DNA of 61,596 nt, counting the filler. It is 3 parts of 3 records of this genome, joined end to end, with 100 filler letters (N's around TTAATTAATTAA, not from the genome) between each part and the next. Parts side by side here need not be neighbours in the genome. Positions count along the whole stretch, not along the records: positions 1 to 29,518 come from DRR378314_404; 2 more parts are not named here. One strand, given 5' to 3'. Shown piece by piece: positions 1 through 11,826 of the stretch (positions are counted from its first letter, which is position 1; each line of letters starts with the position of its first letter). Under the pieces are notes generated by a model that had not been told where the DNA came from, ran no database searches, and saw nothing but the letters and a program-made list of their open reading frames with translations. Made by a program: the position numbers and the translations under genes.

Positions 1-78
1 ACTAGGTTACAAACCTCGCGCCGCGATTAATCCGCAAAGGTCAACATACCCTAATAACGTGATAGTCCTAAAAGCTTT

Positions 79-117
79 AAAAAAGCCTGTATTTATTAAA
101 TTAAGTACAGGCTTTTT
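79..117. terminator. Bidirectional intrinsic terminator upstream of htpG
   Basis: AAAAAGCCTGTA ... TACAGGCTTTTT inverted repeat with A/T tails on both sides. Confidence 0.75.
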
Positions 118-164
118 AATTTAATACACTTTTTATTTCTGATCACACACCTTTTTTAAATTAT

Positions 165-195
165 CCCTTGAAGTTCATTCTGCGCGCCCCATATT
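165..195 (+). promoter_or_regulatory. Sigma32 (RpoH) heat-shock promoter of htpG
   Basis: CTTGAA (167-172), 14-nt spacer, CCCCAT (187-192): matches the RpoH consensus, directly upstream of htpG. Confidence 0.9.
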
Positions 196-237
196 AAGTG
201 CATAACGCAGACAATTTGCTAATTGGAGATTTACACA

Positions 238-2151
238 ATGACTGCAGCACAAAAAGAAACATTAGGCTTTCAAACAGAAGTTAAACAACTATTAAACCTA
301 ATGATCCACTCGCTTTATTCAAATAAAGAAATATTTTTACGTGAACTTGTGTCTAATGCCTCAGATGCGGCCGACAAGTTACGCTTTTTAGCGCTTTCAA
401 ATGGTGATTTATACCAAGGCGATGCGGACTTACGTGTGCGTATCAGTGCAGACAAAGATGCAAAAACTGTGACCATTTCAGATAACGGTATCGGTATGAC
501 CCGTGATGAAGTTATCAGCTCATTAGGCACTATTGCAAAATCGGGCACAGCTGAGTTTTTCAAAAACTTAACTGGCGACCAAAGTAAAGATTCACAGTTA
601 ATTGGTCAATTTGGTGTTGGTTTCTATTCAGCGTTTATTGTGGCTGACTTAGTGACTGTTCGCACTCGTAAAGCTGGCGAAGAAAAAGGTGTTGAGTGGC
701 AATCACAAGGTGAGGGCGAGTACACCCTAGAAGAGATTGAAAAAGAAGGCCGCGGTACAGACATTATTCTGCACCTTCGTGAAGACGAAGCTGAATTTGC
801 TGATGATTGGCGCCTGCGTAGCATTGTTACTAAATATTCTGATCACATTTCTACACCAGTACAAATGTATAAAGAGGAAGTACCTGAGTCTGAAGGCCCA
901 GATGGCGAAAAAACACCAGCAGAGCCTGCTGCTTGGGAAAGCATTAACCGCGCTACAGCACTTTGGACTCGTGATAAGTCTGAAATATCTGAAGGTGAAT
1001 ACAAAGAGTTCTACAAGCACGTAAGTCATGACTGGGAAGAGCCGCTAAGCTGGGGTCATAATAAAGTTGAAGGTAAAACTGAATACACAAGCCTACTTTA
1101 TATCCCTAAAAAAGCGCCTTTCGACTTATGGAACCGTGAACGTCAAAGTGGCTTAAAACTTTACGTACAACGTGTGTTTGTAATGGATGACGCTGAGCAG
1201 TTTATGCCAAGCTACTTACGCTTTGTAAAAGGTTTACTTGATTCAAACGATTTACCGTTGAACGTATCGCGTGAAATCTTACAAGATAACAAAGTGACAC
1301 AAGCTATTCGTAAGGGTTGTACTTCACGTATTTTAAAAATGCTTGAGCGCATGGCGAAAAATAAAGCCGATGATTACCAAACATTTTGGAACGAATTTGG
1401 TCAAGTAATGAAAGAAGGTCCAGCTGAAGATGCGACCAACAAAGAAGCGATTGCTAAATTACTACGCTTCTCTTCAACGCACACAGATGAAGAAGCTCAA
1501 AACGTTTCATTAGAGCAGTACATTGAACGTATGAACGAAGAGCAAGATGCTATTTACTATGTTGTTGCTGATTCGTTTACAGCGGCTAAAAGCTCACCAC
1601 ACTTAGAGATCTTCCGTAAGAAGGGCATCGAAGTATTACTAATGAGCGACCGTGTTGATGAGTGGATGATGAGCCACTTAACAGAATTCTCTGAAAAACC
1701 GTTCAAGTCAATTACTCGAGGCGATCTTGACCTAGGTAACTTGGATGACGAAGAAACGAAGAAAGCGCAAGAAGAGTCTGAAAAAGAAGTTGAAGGCTTA
1801 ATTGAGCGCATTAAAACTGCACTCGGTGAAAGCGTTAAAGATGTACGCTTTACGCATCGTTTAACTGACTCGCCTGCGTGTGTGGTTAGCGACGATAACG
1901 ACATGAGCTCGCAAATGCAAAAGCTAATGGAATCTGTGGGTCAAACTGCACCAGAGGCGAAACCAATTTTTGAGCTTAACCCAGATCATCAGCTTGTTAA
2001 GCACCTTAATGTTGAACAAGATGAAGACAAGTTTGGTCAGTGGTCAAATGTATTACTTGATCAAGCATTGCTTGCAGAGCGTGGTACGCTTAAAGACCCT
2101 GCCGGTTTTGTGACTCGTTTGAATAAATTGATGCTCGATCTTAGTAAATAA
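238..2151 (+). CDS. htpG: Chaperone HtpG (Hsp90)
   Basis: [46 protein letters not shown] motifs; GGAG RBS places the start at ATG 238. Confidence 0.98.
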   Translation: MTAAQKETLGFQTEVKQLLNLMIHSLYSNKEIFLRELVSNASDAADKLRFLALSNGDLYQGDADLRVRISADKDAKTVTISDNGIGMTRDEVISSLGTIAKSGTAEFFKNLTGDQSKDSQLIGQFGVGFYSAFIVADLVTVRTRKAGEEKGVEWQSQGEGEYTLEEIEKEGRGTDIILHLREDEAEFADDWRLRSIVTKYSDHISTPVQMYKEEVPESEGPDGEKTPAEPAAWESINRATALWTRDKSEISEGEYKEFYKHVSHDWEEPLSWGHNKVEGKTEYTSLLYIPKKAPFDLWNRERQSGLKLYVQRVFVMDDAEQFMPSYLRFVKGLLDSNDLPLNVSREILQDNKVTQAIRKGCTSRILKMLERMAKNKADDYQTFWNEFGQVMKEGPAEDATNKEAIAKLLRFSSTHTDEEAQNVSLEQYIERMNEEQDAIYYVVADSFTAAKSSPHLEIFRKKGIEVLLMSDRVDEWMMSHLTEFSEKPFKSITRGDLDLGNLDDEETKKAQEESEKEVEGLIERIKTALGESVKDVRFTHRLTDSPACVVSDDNDMSSQMQKLMESVGQTAPEAKPIFELNPDHQLVKHLNVEQDEDKFGQWSNVLLDQALLAERGTLKDPAGFVTRLNKLMLDLSK

Positions 2152-2174
2152 TAGCATTAGATATGTGATTGAAT

Positions 2175-2202
2175 AAAAAGGGAGCAAATAGCTCCCTTTT
2201 TT
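2175..2202 (+). terminator. Intrinsic terminator after htpG
   Basis: AAAAAGGGAGC-AAATA-GCTCCCTTTTTT. Confidence 0.85.
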
Positions 2203-2280
2203 GTTAATTACGGATAAGCAATTAGTATAAGTTGCTTGAGTATCGCAAGCGCTTATGGAAGAATTCAATCTTTAAGATAA

Positions 2281-2973
<693 letters not shown>

Positions 2974-2987
2974 AAAGTGCCTAAAGT

Positions 2988-3016
2988 AAAAAACCGCCAA
3001 ATTTGGCGGTTTTTTT
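2988..3016. terminator. Bidirectional terminator between convergent adk and tpx
   Basis: AAAAAACCGCCAA-A-TTTGGCGGTTTTTTT. Confidence 0.85.
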
Positions 3017-3060
3017 ATAACTATGGTTTTTTATGACTACGGTTTTTAATACGTCATGGC

Positions 3061-3642
3061 TTAAATTGTTTTCATTGCATCAATGACAGGCGCGTAATTA
3101 GGCTCTTTAGACAACTCATCAACTAACTGCTTGTATACAATTTTATGTTCTTTATCTAATACAAATACTGCACGTGTTAACAAGCCCATATCTTTAATAA
3201 TTAGTCCATAGTTCTGGCCAAAGTCACGCCAAACAGAATCTGATAACGTCGTGATTTTGTCTATATTTTCAGCTTTACAAAATCGCTTTTGAGCAAAAGG
3301 TAAATCAGCACTGATTGTAAGCATGGCAATCGAGGGAAATTGCGCAGCTACTTTTTCGTTGAAATGTTTAGTTTGAATACTGCAAACACCGGTATCTAGG
3401 CTTGGTACAACACTGATTAAAACGGCTTTGCCTTGATAGTCTTTCAGAGTAACAGGGGCAAATGAATCATTAACGACTTTAAAATTTGGAGCTTGCTGAT
3501 CTACTTCAACCCCCGTGCCTAGCAGAGTAACAGGTTTTGATTGAGCTGATACCTTACCGGCATCTAAGGTATTTTGGCCAATATCAGCCGCAAAAGTAGT
3601 GGCACAAAAGCTACACAAAGCAAAAGTAAGCAATCTAAGCAT
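3061..3642 (-). CDS. tpx: Thiol peroxidase (Tpx-type peroxiredoxin) with N-terminal signal peptide
   Basis: VPSLDTGVC peroxidatic motif and ISADLPFAQKRFC resolving motif; hydrophobic N-terminus ending TFA-A. Confidence 0.92.
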   Translation of the reverse strand: MLRLLTFALCSFCATTFAADIGQNTLDAGKVSAQSKPVTLLGTGVEVDQQAPNFKVVNDSFAPVTLKDYQGKAVLISVVPSLDTGVCSIQTKHFNEKVAAQFPSIAMLTISADLPFAQKRFCKAENIDKITTLSDSVWRDFGQNYGLIIKDMGLLTRAVFVLDKEHKIVYKQLVDELSKEPNYAPVIDAMKTI

Positions 3643-3844
3643 AAGGTATTTCCTTTAAAATTAACGCAATTGCATTCAGTGTATTATAATCAACGAACGG
3701 GACAAAGAGTTTACTGAAATTTAAAATTGTAAATATTGGTTACATTGATTAACATATTGCACAGATTTACGTTTATTCGCTGACAAATAACAATAAAAGC
3801 ATGTTGTATACTAAATACGTGCAACGGCAAAACAGAGAGAAGCT

Positions 3845-4849
3845 ATGTCAACATCGGTATTAATTTGCGACGACTCAAAGCTAGCACGGCGACAATTAGC
3901 ACGATCGCTACCAGATGATTGGGATATCAAAGTTGAGTTTGCTGAAGATGGTGAGCATTGCATTGAGCAGATCAAAGCCATACAACCAGAAATCCTATTT
4001 CTAGATCTAAACATGCCAAAAATGGATGGCTACGAAGTATTGCAAGAGATTCAAAATCAATCTCTTTCTGTACTCACTGTTGTGGTGTCTGGTGATATAC
4101 AACCGAACGCCCATCAGCGGGTACTCGATTTAGGTGCAATTGACTTTATTCAAAAACCCTGTGACGCTCAAAAGCTTGCCGATATTATTGAACACCATGG
4201 TATTAAAGACAAAGCCATGCGTGAGCGTTTAGCACACCAGTTAGGGGAGCAAGTCGACCCCGATGTGCGGGATATCTATCAGGAGCTAACCAATGTTGCT
4301 ATGGGTCAAGCAGGGGACCTGCTTGCTCGACTGTTAAACGTGTTTGTCGAACTGCCGATACCTAATGTTAATATCCTTGAAGTTAATGAATTAGATATGG
4401 CATTGCGCTCAATTGATGCAAATGCAACTACTTCAGGCGTATGCCAGGGCTTTATTGGTGGTGGTGTGTCGGGTGAGGCATTGTTACTTTTAAATGACTC
4501 AAGCTTCAAAGAAATTGCTTCGTTAATGAATTACGAAGGCGAGCTAAATAACAATATTGAACTTGAGCTATTAATGGATATTAGTAATATCTTAATTGGC
4601 GCCATTTTAACCGGCCTTTCTCGCCAGTTAGATATGACGTTTAGCCAAGGTCACCCGGTCGTGCTAGGTCAACACTGTGATGTGTCTGATTTAGTGAAAG
4701 CGAATAAATCTCGCTGGCAACGCACCCTTGCGATTGAGATCAGTTACGGTATTGAAAACCATAATATAAATTGTGATTTAATGCTGTTATTCACCGAAGA
4801 TTCAATGAAGACTTTGAAATACAAAGTTGCTTACCTATTAGAAGACTAA
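3845..4849 (+). CDS. Response regulator: receiver domain + CheC-like phosphatase domain
   Basis: Receiver: ICDD..FLDLNMP..FIQKP; C-terminal ELTNVAMG and DISNILIG motifs typical of CheC/CheX fold. Confidence 0.85.
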   Translation: MSTSVLICDDSKLARRQLARSLPDDWDIKVEFAEDGEHCIEQIKAIQPEILFLDLNMPKMDGYEVLQEIQNQSLSVLTVVVSGDIQPNAHQRVLDLGAIDFIQKPCDAQKLADIIEHHGIKDKAMRERLAHQLGEQVDPDVRDIYQELTNVAMGQAGDLLARLLNVFVELPIPNVNILEVNELDMALRSIDANATTSGVCQGFIGGGVSGEALLLLNDSSFKEIASLMNYEGELNNNIELELLMDISNILIGAILTGLSRQLDMTFSQGHPVVLGQHCDVSDLVKANKSRWQRTLAIEISYGIENHNINCDLMLLFTEDSMKTLKYKVAYLLED

Positions 4850-4853
4850 CATT

Positions 4854-5849
4854 ATGCCAGCAGCTGATTTTAATATGAATGAAATCCATTGGTTAATGGA
4901 TATGTTTAACACTGTCGATGTCGGCTTGGTAGTGTTAGATCGCGAATATAAAGTGTGTATCTGGAATGGTTTTATGGAAAATCATTCGGGTTTATTGCCA
5001 AGTGCCGTAAAAGATAAAGACTTATTCGACCTTTTTCCTTCGATTGATGAGAAATGGTTTCGCAGTAAATCAGAATCAGTATTTGTTTTAAAAAATCGCT
5101 CGTTCACCATATGGGAGCAACAACCTTATATATTCCGCTTTAAAAATTACAGGCCTATTACAGGTAAAGCGGACCATATGTATCAAAATGCGACTTTTAT
5201 TCCATTATCTAATGTCAGAGGTGAAGTAAGCCATATTTGTATCATTATTTATGATGTTACAGATGTAGCCGTGAACAAAAGTGAGCTCGAAGAGCTAAAT
5301 AGCAAATTAGAGCTAATGAGCCAGACAGATGCTTTAACTAAATTGAACAACCGTGGTCACTGGGAAGACTCTCTCAGAAAAGAGTTTTTAAGGATAAAAA
5401 GAAGTGCTGGTAGCAGTTGTTTATTGATGTTTGATATTGATCACTTCAAAAAAATCAATGATCAATACGGACACCGTTGTGGTGATGAGGCATTACGTCA
5501 TATTGCTGATTTGCTCAGAAAAACATTGCGTGAAACAGATGTAGCGGGTCGATATGGTGGTGAAGAGTTTGCAGTAACACTCCTTGATACAGATAAGGCG
5601 GGCGCTGAAATATTGGCAGAAAGACTGCGTAGTTTAATTGAAGCTTCTTCGATCTATTTTGATGGAGAAAAAATAAAAATGACGATTAGCATTGGTCTTG
5701 CCTGTTTCCAATCTGATTTTGAACGCTATGAAAAGTGGATTGAAGCTGCTGATAAAGCGCTATATACGTCAAAAGATAAAGGGCGAAACTGTATAACAGA
5801 TTACACTGCATTACAGCAACCTAACGATGAATTAAAAAATGACGCCTAG
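4854..5849 (+). CDS. PAS-GGDEF diguanylate cyclase
   Basis: N-terminal PAS-like region; DALTKLNNR, DIDHFKKIND, RYGGEEF active site with RETD (RxxD) I-site. Confidence 0.92.
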   Translation: MPAADFNMNEIHWLMDMFNTVDVGLVVLDREYKVCIWNGFMENHSGLLPSAVKDKDLFDLFPSIDEKWFRSKSESVFVLKNRSFTIWEQQPYIFRFKNYRPITGKADHMYQNATFIPLSNVRGEVSHICIIIYDVTDVAVNKSELEELNSKLELMSQTDALTKLNNRGHWEDSLRKEFLRIKRSAGSSCLLMFDIDHFKKINDQYGHRCGDEALRHIADLLRKTLRETDVAGRYGGEEFAVTLLDTDKAGAEILAERLRSLIEASSIYFDGEKIKMTISIGLACFQSDFERYEKWIEAADKALYTSKDKGRNCITDYTALQQPNDELKNDA

Positions 5850-5862
5850 CGTCATTTTTTTT
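5834..5862. terminator. Bidirectional terminator overlapping the GGDEF stop codon
   Basis: AAAAAATGACGC-CTA-GCGTCATTTTTTT. Confidence 0.8.
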
Positions 5863-5887
5863 GTCTAGACAATCGGGCTTCAATGTT

Positions 5888-7402
5888 TCATTCAGTACTA
5901 TGGCGAGAGTCGTCCATCGGACATTGACCCAGTGCTGTTATCTCCCCAGAGGGGGACTGTTGTTCTAGCTTTACTTTAAAACCCCACAATCGATATAGGT
6001 GCTTAAGAACTTCATCCTGAGATTTCGCCAGCGGGATGTGTTGATGGGGAACATATCGAAGCGTTAATGAGCGATCGCCTCTAATATCTACATCATATAC
6101 TTGTATGTTTGGTTCATGATTACTTAGGTTATATTGTGCAGATAATGACTCTCGCACTTTATGATAACCACTGTCATCATGAATCGCGCCAATCTCTAAA
6201 GTTGGCTCTTTTTCATGGTCAATAATAGTAAATAATTTAAAATCACGAATAAGCTTAGGCGATAAAAACTGGCTGATAAAACTTTCGTCTTTAAAGTTCT
6301 CCATAGCAAAATGCAAAGTATCCAGCCAATTACTGCCAGCATATTCAGGAAACCAGCGTTTATCTTCTTCAGTCGGGTTTTCACAGATGCGCCTAATGTC
6401 CACCATCATATTAAAACCGAGTGCGTAAGGGTTAATACCTGAATAATATTTACTATTATAAGGCGGCTGATATACAACATTGGTATGGCTTTGTAAAAAC
6501 TCTAACATGAATGAGTCGGTCAGTTTCCCTTCATCATAAAGGTGATTCAAAATAGTGTAATGCCAAAACGTAGCCCAGCCTTCATTCATAACTTGGGTTT
6601 GTTTTTGCGGATAAAAATACTGCGATATTTTTCTCACGATACGAATTATTTCACGTTGCCATGATTCTAATAACGGCGCATTTTTTTCAATAAAATACAG
6701 AATATTTTCTTGTGGTTCTGAAGGAAAGTTATATTCACTTTTTTTCGCTTCCTGATGCTGAACAGGAATAGTACGCCAAAGTTCATTGACTTGTGATTGC
6801 ATGTATTCTTCACGCTCTTGTTGACGCTTCTGTTCTTCAAATAAAGATATTTGCTGCGGGCGCTTATACCTATCAACGCCGTAATTCATTAACGCGTGGC
6901 AAGAATCTATCAGGGTTTCGACTTCGTCGATGCCATACTTTTCTTCACAACGAGAGATGTAATTCTTAGCGAATAGCAAGTAATCGATTATTGAGCCTGC
7001 GTCGGTCCATGTTTTGAATAAGTAGTTCCCTTTAAAAAAAGAATTGTGTCCGTAGCATGCATGGGCCATGACAAGTGCTTGCATTGGTAAGGTGTTTTCT
7101 TCCATTAAATAAGCGATACAAGGGTCTGAATTAATCACAATTTCATAAGCAAGACCCATTTGTCCTCGCTTATAATTTTGTTCTGTTTGAATAAACTTCT
7201 TTCCATAAGACCAGTGACTATAACCAATAGGCATACCCACACTTGAATAGGCATCCATCATTTGCTCAGCAGTAATAACTTCAATCTGGTTTTGGTAAGT
7301 ATCTAATCGATAATGCTTAGCAACACGTGCAATTTCATCTTGATATTGTTGCAATAACTCAAACGTCCAGTCAGGACCATCACTCATACGTTGATCGGTC
7401 AT
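5888..7402 (-). CDS. ycgB: SpoVR family protein YcgB
   Basis: GMPIGYSHWSYGK, MAHACYGHNSFFK, QVMNEGWATFWHY motifs. Confidence 0.95.
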   Translation of the reverse strand: MTDQRMSDGPDWTFELLQQYQDEIARVAKHYRLDTYQNQIEVITAEQMMDAYSSVGMPIGYSHWSYGKKFIQTEQNYKRGQMGLAYEIVINSDPCIAYLMEENTLPMQALVMAHACYGHNSFFKGNYLFKTWTDAGSIIDYLLFAKNYISRCEEKYGIDEVETLIDSCHALMNYGVDRYKRPQQISLFEEQKRQQEREEYMQSQVNELWRTIPVQHQEAKKSEYNFPSEPQENILYFIEKNAPLLESWQREIIRIVRKISQYFYPQKQTQVMNEGWATFWHYTILNHLYDEGKLTDSFMLEFLQSHTNVVYQPPYNSKYYSGINPYALGFNMMVDIRRICENPTEEDKRWFPEYAGSNWLDTLHFAMENFKDESFISQFLSPKLIRDFKLFTIIDHEKEPTLEIGAIHDDSGYHKVRESLSAQYNLSNHEPNIQVYDVDIRGDRSLTLRYVPHQHIPLAKSQDEVLKHLYRLWGFKVKLEQQSPSGEITALGQCPMDDSRHSTE

Positions 7403-7423
7403 ATAAATACCTCATTGTGCAGG

Positions 7424-8707
7424 TTACGCAGCACCTTGATGTTGACGATTCTTCTTAAATAGCTCTCGAAAAATAGGGTAAATATCTTCAACACGCTTAA
7501 TATGCTGTATGGCAAAGTTGTCGTATTTTTGGCAGAGGCTCTGGTATTCTCGCCAAAGACTTTGATGAGCGCGAGTCGTGATCTCTATATAGGCGTAATA
7601 ACGTACATCGTCGAGCAGCTTATTTTGCAGGATCTGCGAACACTGTGGTGAATCATCGGCCCAGTTATCCCCATCAGATGCTTGTGCGGCATAAATATTC
7701 CATTGTGATGCGTTATAGCGCTCTTGAATTATTTCATTCATGAGCTTCAACGCGCTTGAAACAATGGTACCGCCGGTTTCCTGTGAATAAAAAAACTCTT
7801 GTTCATCCACTTCCTTTGCTTGCGTATGGTGGCGAATATAAACCACCTCTATATCTTTGTAGCTTCTTGTTAGAAACTGATAGAGCAAGATGTAAAAACG
7901 CTTAGCCATATCTTTGGTTGCCTGATCCATTGATCCAGACACATCCATAATACAAAACATAACCGCTTTGCTGGTGGGGTGGGGTTGCTTTTCATAGTTA
8001 CGAAAGCGTAAATCATAGTTATCTATAAAGGGCACCGCCTTTATTTGCAGTTCTAATTGCGCAATCTCTTGTTCAAGTAAAGTAATTGCAGCTAAGTCAG
8101 GCTCAGCTTCTGCAAGCAAGATTTCGCGCTGAAAATTGAGTTCTTTCAAACGGCGCTTTTTACTTGCACTCATTGCAACACGCCTCGCTAAAGAGCCTTG
8201 TAATGAGCGTACTATGTCAATATTACTGGGCATACCATCACTACAAAATCCCGCTCGGTGAGTTTTCATTTGTACCAGCTTATCAAGTTGATTTTGCTGC
8301 AGGTTAGGCAGCTCTAAGTCCTCAAATAATAAGTCTAGGTATTCGTCTTTAGAAATAGAAAAAACAAAATCATCTTCTCCTTCACCAGAGTCACTTGCTT
8401 CACCCTCTCCAGCGCCTCCCCCTTGTCCTCCTTGAGGACGCTTAACTTTATCACCCGTTGAGAATTGATCATTCCCTGGGTGTATTTGCTCTCTATCACC
8501 GCCTCTACCTTGATGAAAAATCGGCTCACTAATATCTCTTTGTGGAATCGAAATACTTTCGCCACTACTGGTATCCGTTACGCTACGTTTGTTTACAGCA
8601 TCAGATACCGCTTCTTTTATCTGTTTCTTATACCGTCTTATAAAGCGCTGACGGTTAAGCGTACTTTTATTTTTACCGTTTAGACGACGGTCTATAAAAT
8701 TCGCCAT
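7424..8707 (-). CDS. yeaH: YeaH/YhbH family (DUF444) VWA-like protein
   Basis: [15 protein letters not shown] start, MDVSGSM MIDAS-like motif, QASDGDNW. Confidence 0.95.
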   Translation of the reverse strand: MANFIDRRLNGKNKSTLNRQRFIRRYKKQIKEAVSDAVNKRSVTDTSSGESISIPQRDISEPIFHQGRGGDREQIHPGNDQFSTGDKVKRPQGGQGGGAGEGEASDSGEGEDDFVFSISKDEYLDLLFEDLELPNLQQNQLDKLVQMKTHRAGFCSDGMPSNIDIVRSLQGSLARRVAMSASKKRRLKELNFQREILLAEAEPDLAAITLLEQEIAQLELQIKAVPFIDNYDLRFRNYEKQPHPTSKAVMFCIMDVSGSMDQATKDMAKRFYILLYQFLTRSYKDIEVVYIRHHTQAKEVDEQEFFYSQETGGTIVSSALKLMNEIIQERYNASQWNIYAAQASDGDNWADDSPQCSQILQNKLLDDVRYYAYIEITTRAHQSLWREYQSLCQKYDNFAIQHIKRVEDIYPIFRELFKKNRQHQGAA

Positions 8708-8738
8708 ATTGACCCCCTAAAATGCACCTACCATTTTA

Positions 8739-10661
8739 TTACTGCGACTTACGAACGCGTAAGTACCACTCTGACAGCAAGCGAACTTGTTTTTGGGTGT
8801 AGCCTTTTTCGACCATGCGATTGACAAAGTCTTCATGTTTTTTCTGATCTTCAGCCGATGTTTTGGCATTAAATGAAATAACAGGTAATAGCTCTTCGGT
8901 ATTTGAGAACATTTTTTTCTCAATAACCGTCCGAAGTTTCTCATAGCTTGTCCAAAGTGGATTTTTACCGTTATTGTGAGCGCGAGCTCGAAGAACAAAA
9001 TTAACTATCTCGTTTCTAAAATCTTTGGGGTTAGAGATCCCCGCAGGTTTTTCAATTTTTTCAAGCTCCGCATTAAGTGCTTCGCGATTAAATAACTGGC
9101 CGGTATCTGGGTCGCGATATTCTTGGTCTTGAATCCAAAAATCGGCATAGGTAACGTAGCGGTCAAATATGTTTTGTCCATATTCAGAGTAAGACTCAAG
9201 ATAAGCGGTTTGTAACTCTTTGCCTATAAACTCAACGTATTGAGGTATCAAATAGCCTTTCAAATGGCTTAAATAACGCTCCTCTACATCAGCCGAGAAT
9301 TGCTCTCGCTCTATCTGTTGTTCCAATACATAAAATAAATGCACAGGGTTAGCTGCAACTTCAAGCGTGTCAAAGTTAAATACGCGGGACAAAATTTTAA
9401 AGGCGAACCGGGTTGATAGTCCAGTCATCCCCTCATCAACCCCCGCATAGTCACGGTATTCTTGATACGACTTTGCCTTGGGATCAGTATCTTTCAAAGT
9501 CTCCCCATCATAAACACGCATTTTAGAATAGATGCTGGAATTTTCTGGGTCTTTAAGGCGTGATAGGGTGGTAAACTTGGCGAGAGTTTCAAGCGTCCCT
9601 GGTGCACATGGCGCATTATACAACTCGCTGTGTTCAAGTAATTTATCATAAATTTTAATTTCTTCAGACACACGTAGACAGTAAGGTACTTTTACTATGT
9701 AGACACGATCTAGAAACGCTTCATTGTTTTTATTATTTTTAAATGTTTGCCATTCAGATTCATTCGAGTGAGCCAAAATCATACCATTGAAGGGCAGAGC
9801 ACTGATGCCTTCGGTGCCATTGTAGTTACCTTCTTGGGTCGCTGTTAGTAGAGGGTGCAGCACTTTGATAGGCGCTTTAAACATCTCAACAAACTCCATT
9901 AAGCCTTGATTCGCAAGACACAATGAGCCCGAATAGGCGTAAGCATCAGGATCGCTTTGGGCAAAATGCTCAAGTTGACGAATATCTACTTTACCAACCA
10001 GTGCAGAAATATCTTGATTGTTTTCATCGCCGGGCTCAGTTTTTGCAATTGCAATTTGATTTAAAATTGAAGGGTAGCGTTTCACTACTTTAAACTGACT
10101 TATATCACCATTAAATTCATGTAGGCGTTTAGTTGCCCATGGCGACATGATTGTTTTTAAGTAACGCGGTTTAATGCCATATTCTTTTTCAAGTACGCCT
10201 GCATCTTCATTCACATCAAATAATGCTAAGGGGTGATCATTAACAGGTGAACCTTTGATTGAATAAATAGGGACTTGTTGCATTAAATATTTTAGTTTCT
10301 CTGCGATCGAAGATTTACCACCGCCAACAGGCCCAAGTAGGTAGAGTACTTGTTTACACTCTTCGAGACCTTGCGCAGCATGTTTTAGGTAAGAAACGAT
10401 TTGCTCAATGGCGTCTTCCATTCCATAAAAGTCATTAAACGCGGGATACCGGGCTACAACACGGTTTGAAAATAGTCTACTCAGTCGCGCGTCTGTAGAC
10501 GTATCAATCATTTGTGGTTCACCAATTGCCATTAGTAATCGTTCCGGGGCACTGGCATAGGCAGACTTATCGGTTTTACAAATTTCTAAGAATTCAGCAA
10601 TGCTGTATTCTTCTTCTTGTGCCGCTTCGTAGCGTGCTTGGTAATGCTCAAAAATACTCAT
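8739..10661 (-). CDS. yeaG: PrkA family AAA+/serine kinase YeaG
   Basis: LGPVGGGKS Walker A, KTEPGDENNQDIS, HSNESEW; GGAGG RBS before ATG 10661. Confidence 0.96.
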   Translation of the reverse strand: MSIFEHYQARYEAAQEEEYSIAEFLEICKTDKSAYASAPERLLMAIGEPQMIDTSTDARLSRLFSNRVVARYPAFNDFYGMEDAIEQIVSYLKHAAQGLEECKQVLYLLGPVGGGKSSIAEKLKYLMQQVPIYSIKGSPVNDHPLALFDVNEDAGVLEKEYGIKPRYLKTIMSPWATKRLHEFNGDISQFKVVKRYPSILNQIAIAKTEPGDENNQDISALVGKVDIRQLEHFAQSDPDAYAYSGSLCLANQGLMEFVEMFKAPIKVLHPLLTATQEGNYNGTEGISALPFNGMILAHSNESEWQTFKNNKNNEAFLDRVYIVKVPYCLRVSEEIKIYDKLLEHSELYNAPCAPGTLETLAKFTTLSRLKDPENSSIYSKMRVYDGETLKDTDPKAKSYQEYRDYAGVDEGMTGLSTRFAFKILSRVFNFDTLEVAANPVHLFYVLEQQIEREQFSADVEERYLSHLKGYLIPQYVEFIGKELQTAYLESYSEYGQNIFDRYVTYADFWIQDQEYRDPDTGQLFNREALNAELEKIEKPAGISNPKDFRNEIVNFVLRARAHNNGKNPLWTSYEKLRTVIEKKMFSNTEELLPVISFNAKTSAEDQKKHEDFVNRMVEKGYTQKQVRLLSEWYLRVRKSQ

Positions 10662-10914
10662 GAAGACCTCCAAAAAACCTGCTTAAACTAGGTGCTGAAT
10701 TATTAAAAGTAAGCAAAGGCTATTTAAAGCTTAGTCATGAATTTGGATTTTTGTGCAATAAAATTAAAAATTTATCCTAGGGTTTTATGAGGACTTATTT
10801 CAAACGATTACTTTCAATACACCTTGTTGCTTACCTTGCGTGGGTACGGCGTTCAAATAGAGGAAATATATTTTTAAGGAGGGTGGTCAATAATACAAAG
10901 CAATTTTTAATAAC

Positions 10915-10939
10915 AAAAAAAGGTGCCGAAGCACCTTTT
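10915..10939 (-). terminator. Intrinsic terminator after sodB
   Basis: Minus strand AAAAGGTGC-TTCG-GCACC followed by a T7 tail. Confidence 0.85.
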
Positions 10940-10969
10940 CTATTAGTAAACTCTAAATAGGTTACTAAA

Positions 10970-11551
10970 TTACGCGAAGTTTGCGTTTGCGAATTCCCAG
11001 TTAACTAGAGACCAGAAACCTTTAAGGTAATCAGGACGCACGTTACGGTAATCGATGTAGTATGCGTGTTCCCATAAATCAACAGTAAGAACAGGCGTAA
11101 CGCCTTCATCAGTTAGTGGTGTAGCAGCATTAGACGTATTAACGATGTCTAGTGAACCATCTGCTAATTTAACTAACCACGTCCAGCTTGAACCAAAGTT
11201 ATTTACTGCTTTATCATTTAATGCATCTTTAAACGCATCGAAAGAGCCCCACTTAGCATTGATCGCGTCAGCGATTGCGCCAGTTGGTTCGCCGCCACCG
11301 TTCGGAGAAAGGCTGTTCCAGTAGAAAGTGTGGTTCCAGATTTGAGCTGCGTTGTTAAATACGCCGCCCTCTGAAGAACAAACGATCTCTTCAAGTGTTT
11401 TGCCTTCAAATTCAGTGCCAGGGATCAAACCATTTAATTTAACAACATAAGTGTTGTGGTGTTTGCCGTGGTGAAACTCTAGTGTTTCTTTTGAGATGTG
11501 TGGCTCAAGTGCATCAATTGCATATGGTAGTGACGGTAGTTCAAATGACAT
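10970..11551 (-). CDS. sodB: Fe superoxide dismutase
   Basis: [23 protein letters not shown] (Fe-type Gln position), [15 protein letters not shown] before ATG 11551. Confidence 0.95.
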   Translation of the reverse strand: MSFELPSLPYAIDALEPHISKETLEFHHGKHHNTYVVKLNGLIPGTEFEGKTLEEIVCSSEGGVFNNAAQIWNHTFYWNSLSPNGGGEPTGAIADAINAKWGSFDAFKDALNDKAVNNFGSSWTWLVKLADGSLDIVNTSNAATPLTDEGVTPVLTVDLWEHAYYIDYRNVRPDYLKGFWSLVNWEFANANFA

Positions 11552-11826
11552 TTTTATCTCCATCTTCTTTTGGTTGATAGTCCGTTTGGTAATACGTAAT
11601 GCCTGCTTGAACAGACCACTTATCTATACCAAACAGAATTATAGTGTTACTATAATTGTTGAGTATTTTACTCAAGTTTTAGCAAACAGCAATGCAAAAC
11701 AGCAATGCAAATGCAAGACTATTTCGATTGCGGCTTTATTTGCCCATTTTAAGATACATATATGAGGCTTAATGAAAATTTTTCAAGCCATGAATATGTT
11801 CAGCTATCGTCACTTTGAGGTTGTAG

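Noticed and set aside
315-1904. Antisense and alternate-frame ORFs inside htpG (likewise inside gltB, the large kinase and the adhesins)
   Set aside because: Shadow ORFs of well-supported genes
3728-3744. TGTAAATATTGGTTACA between tpx and the REC-CheC gene as a TyrR/HexR site
   Set aside because: Spacing fits neither consensus exactly; cannot be supported without a matrix scan
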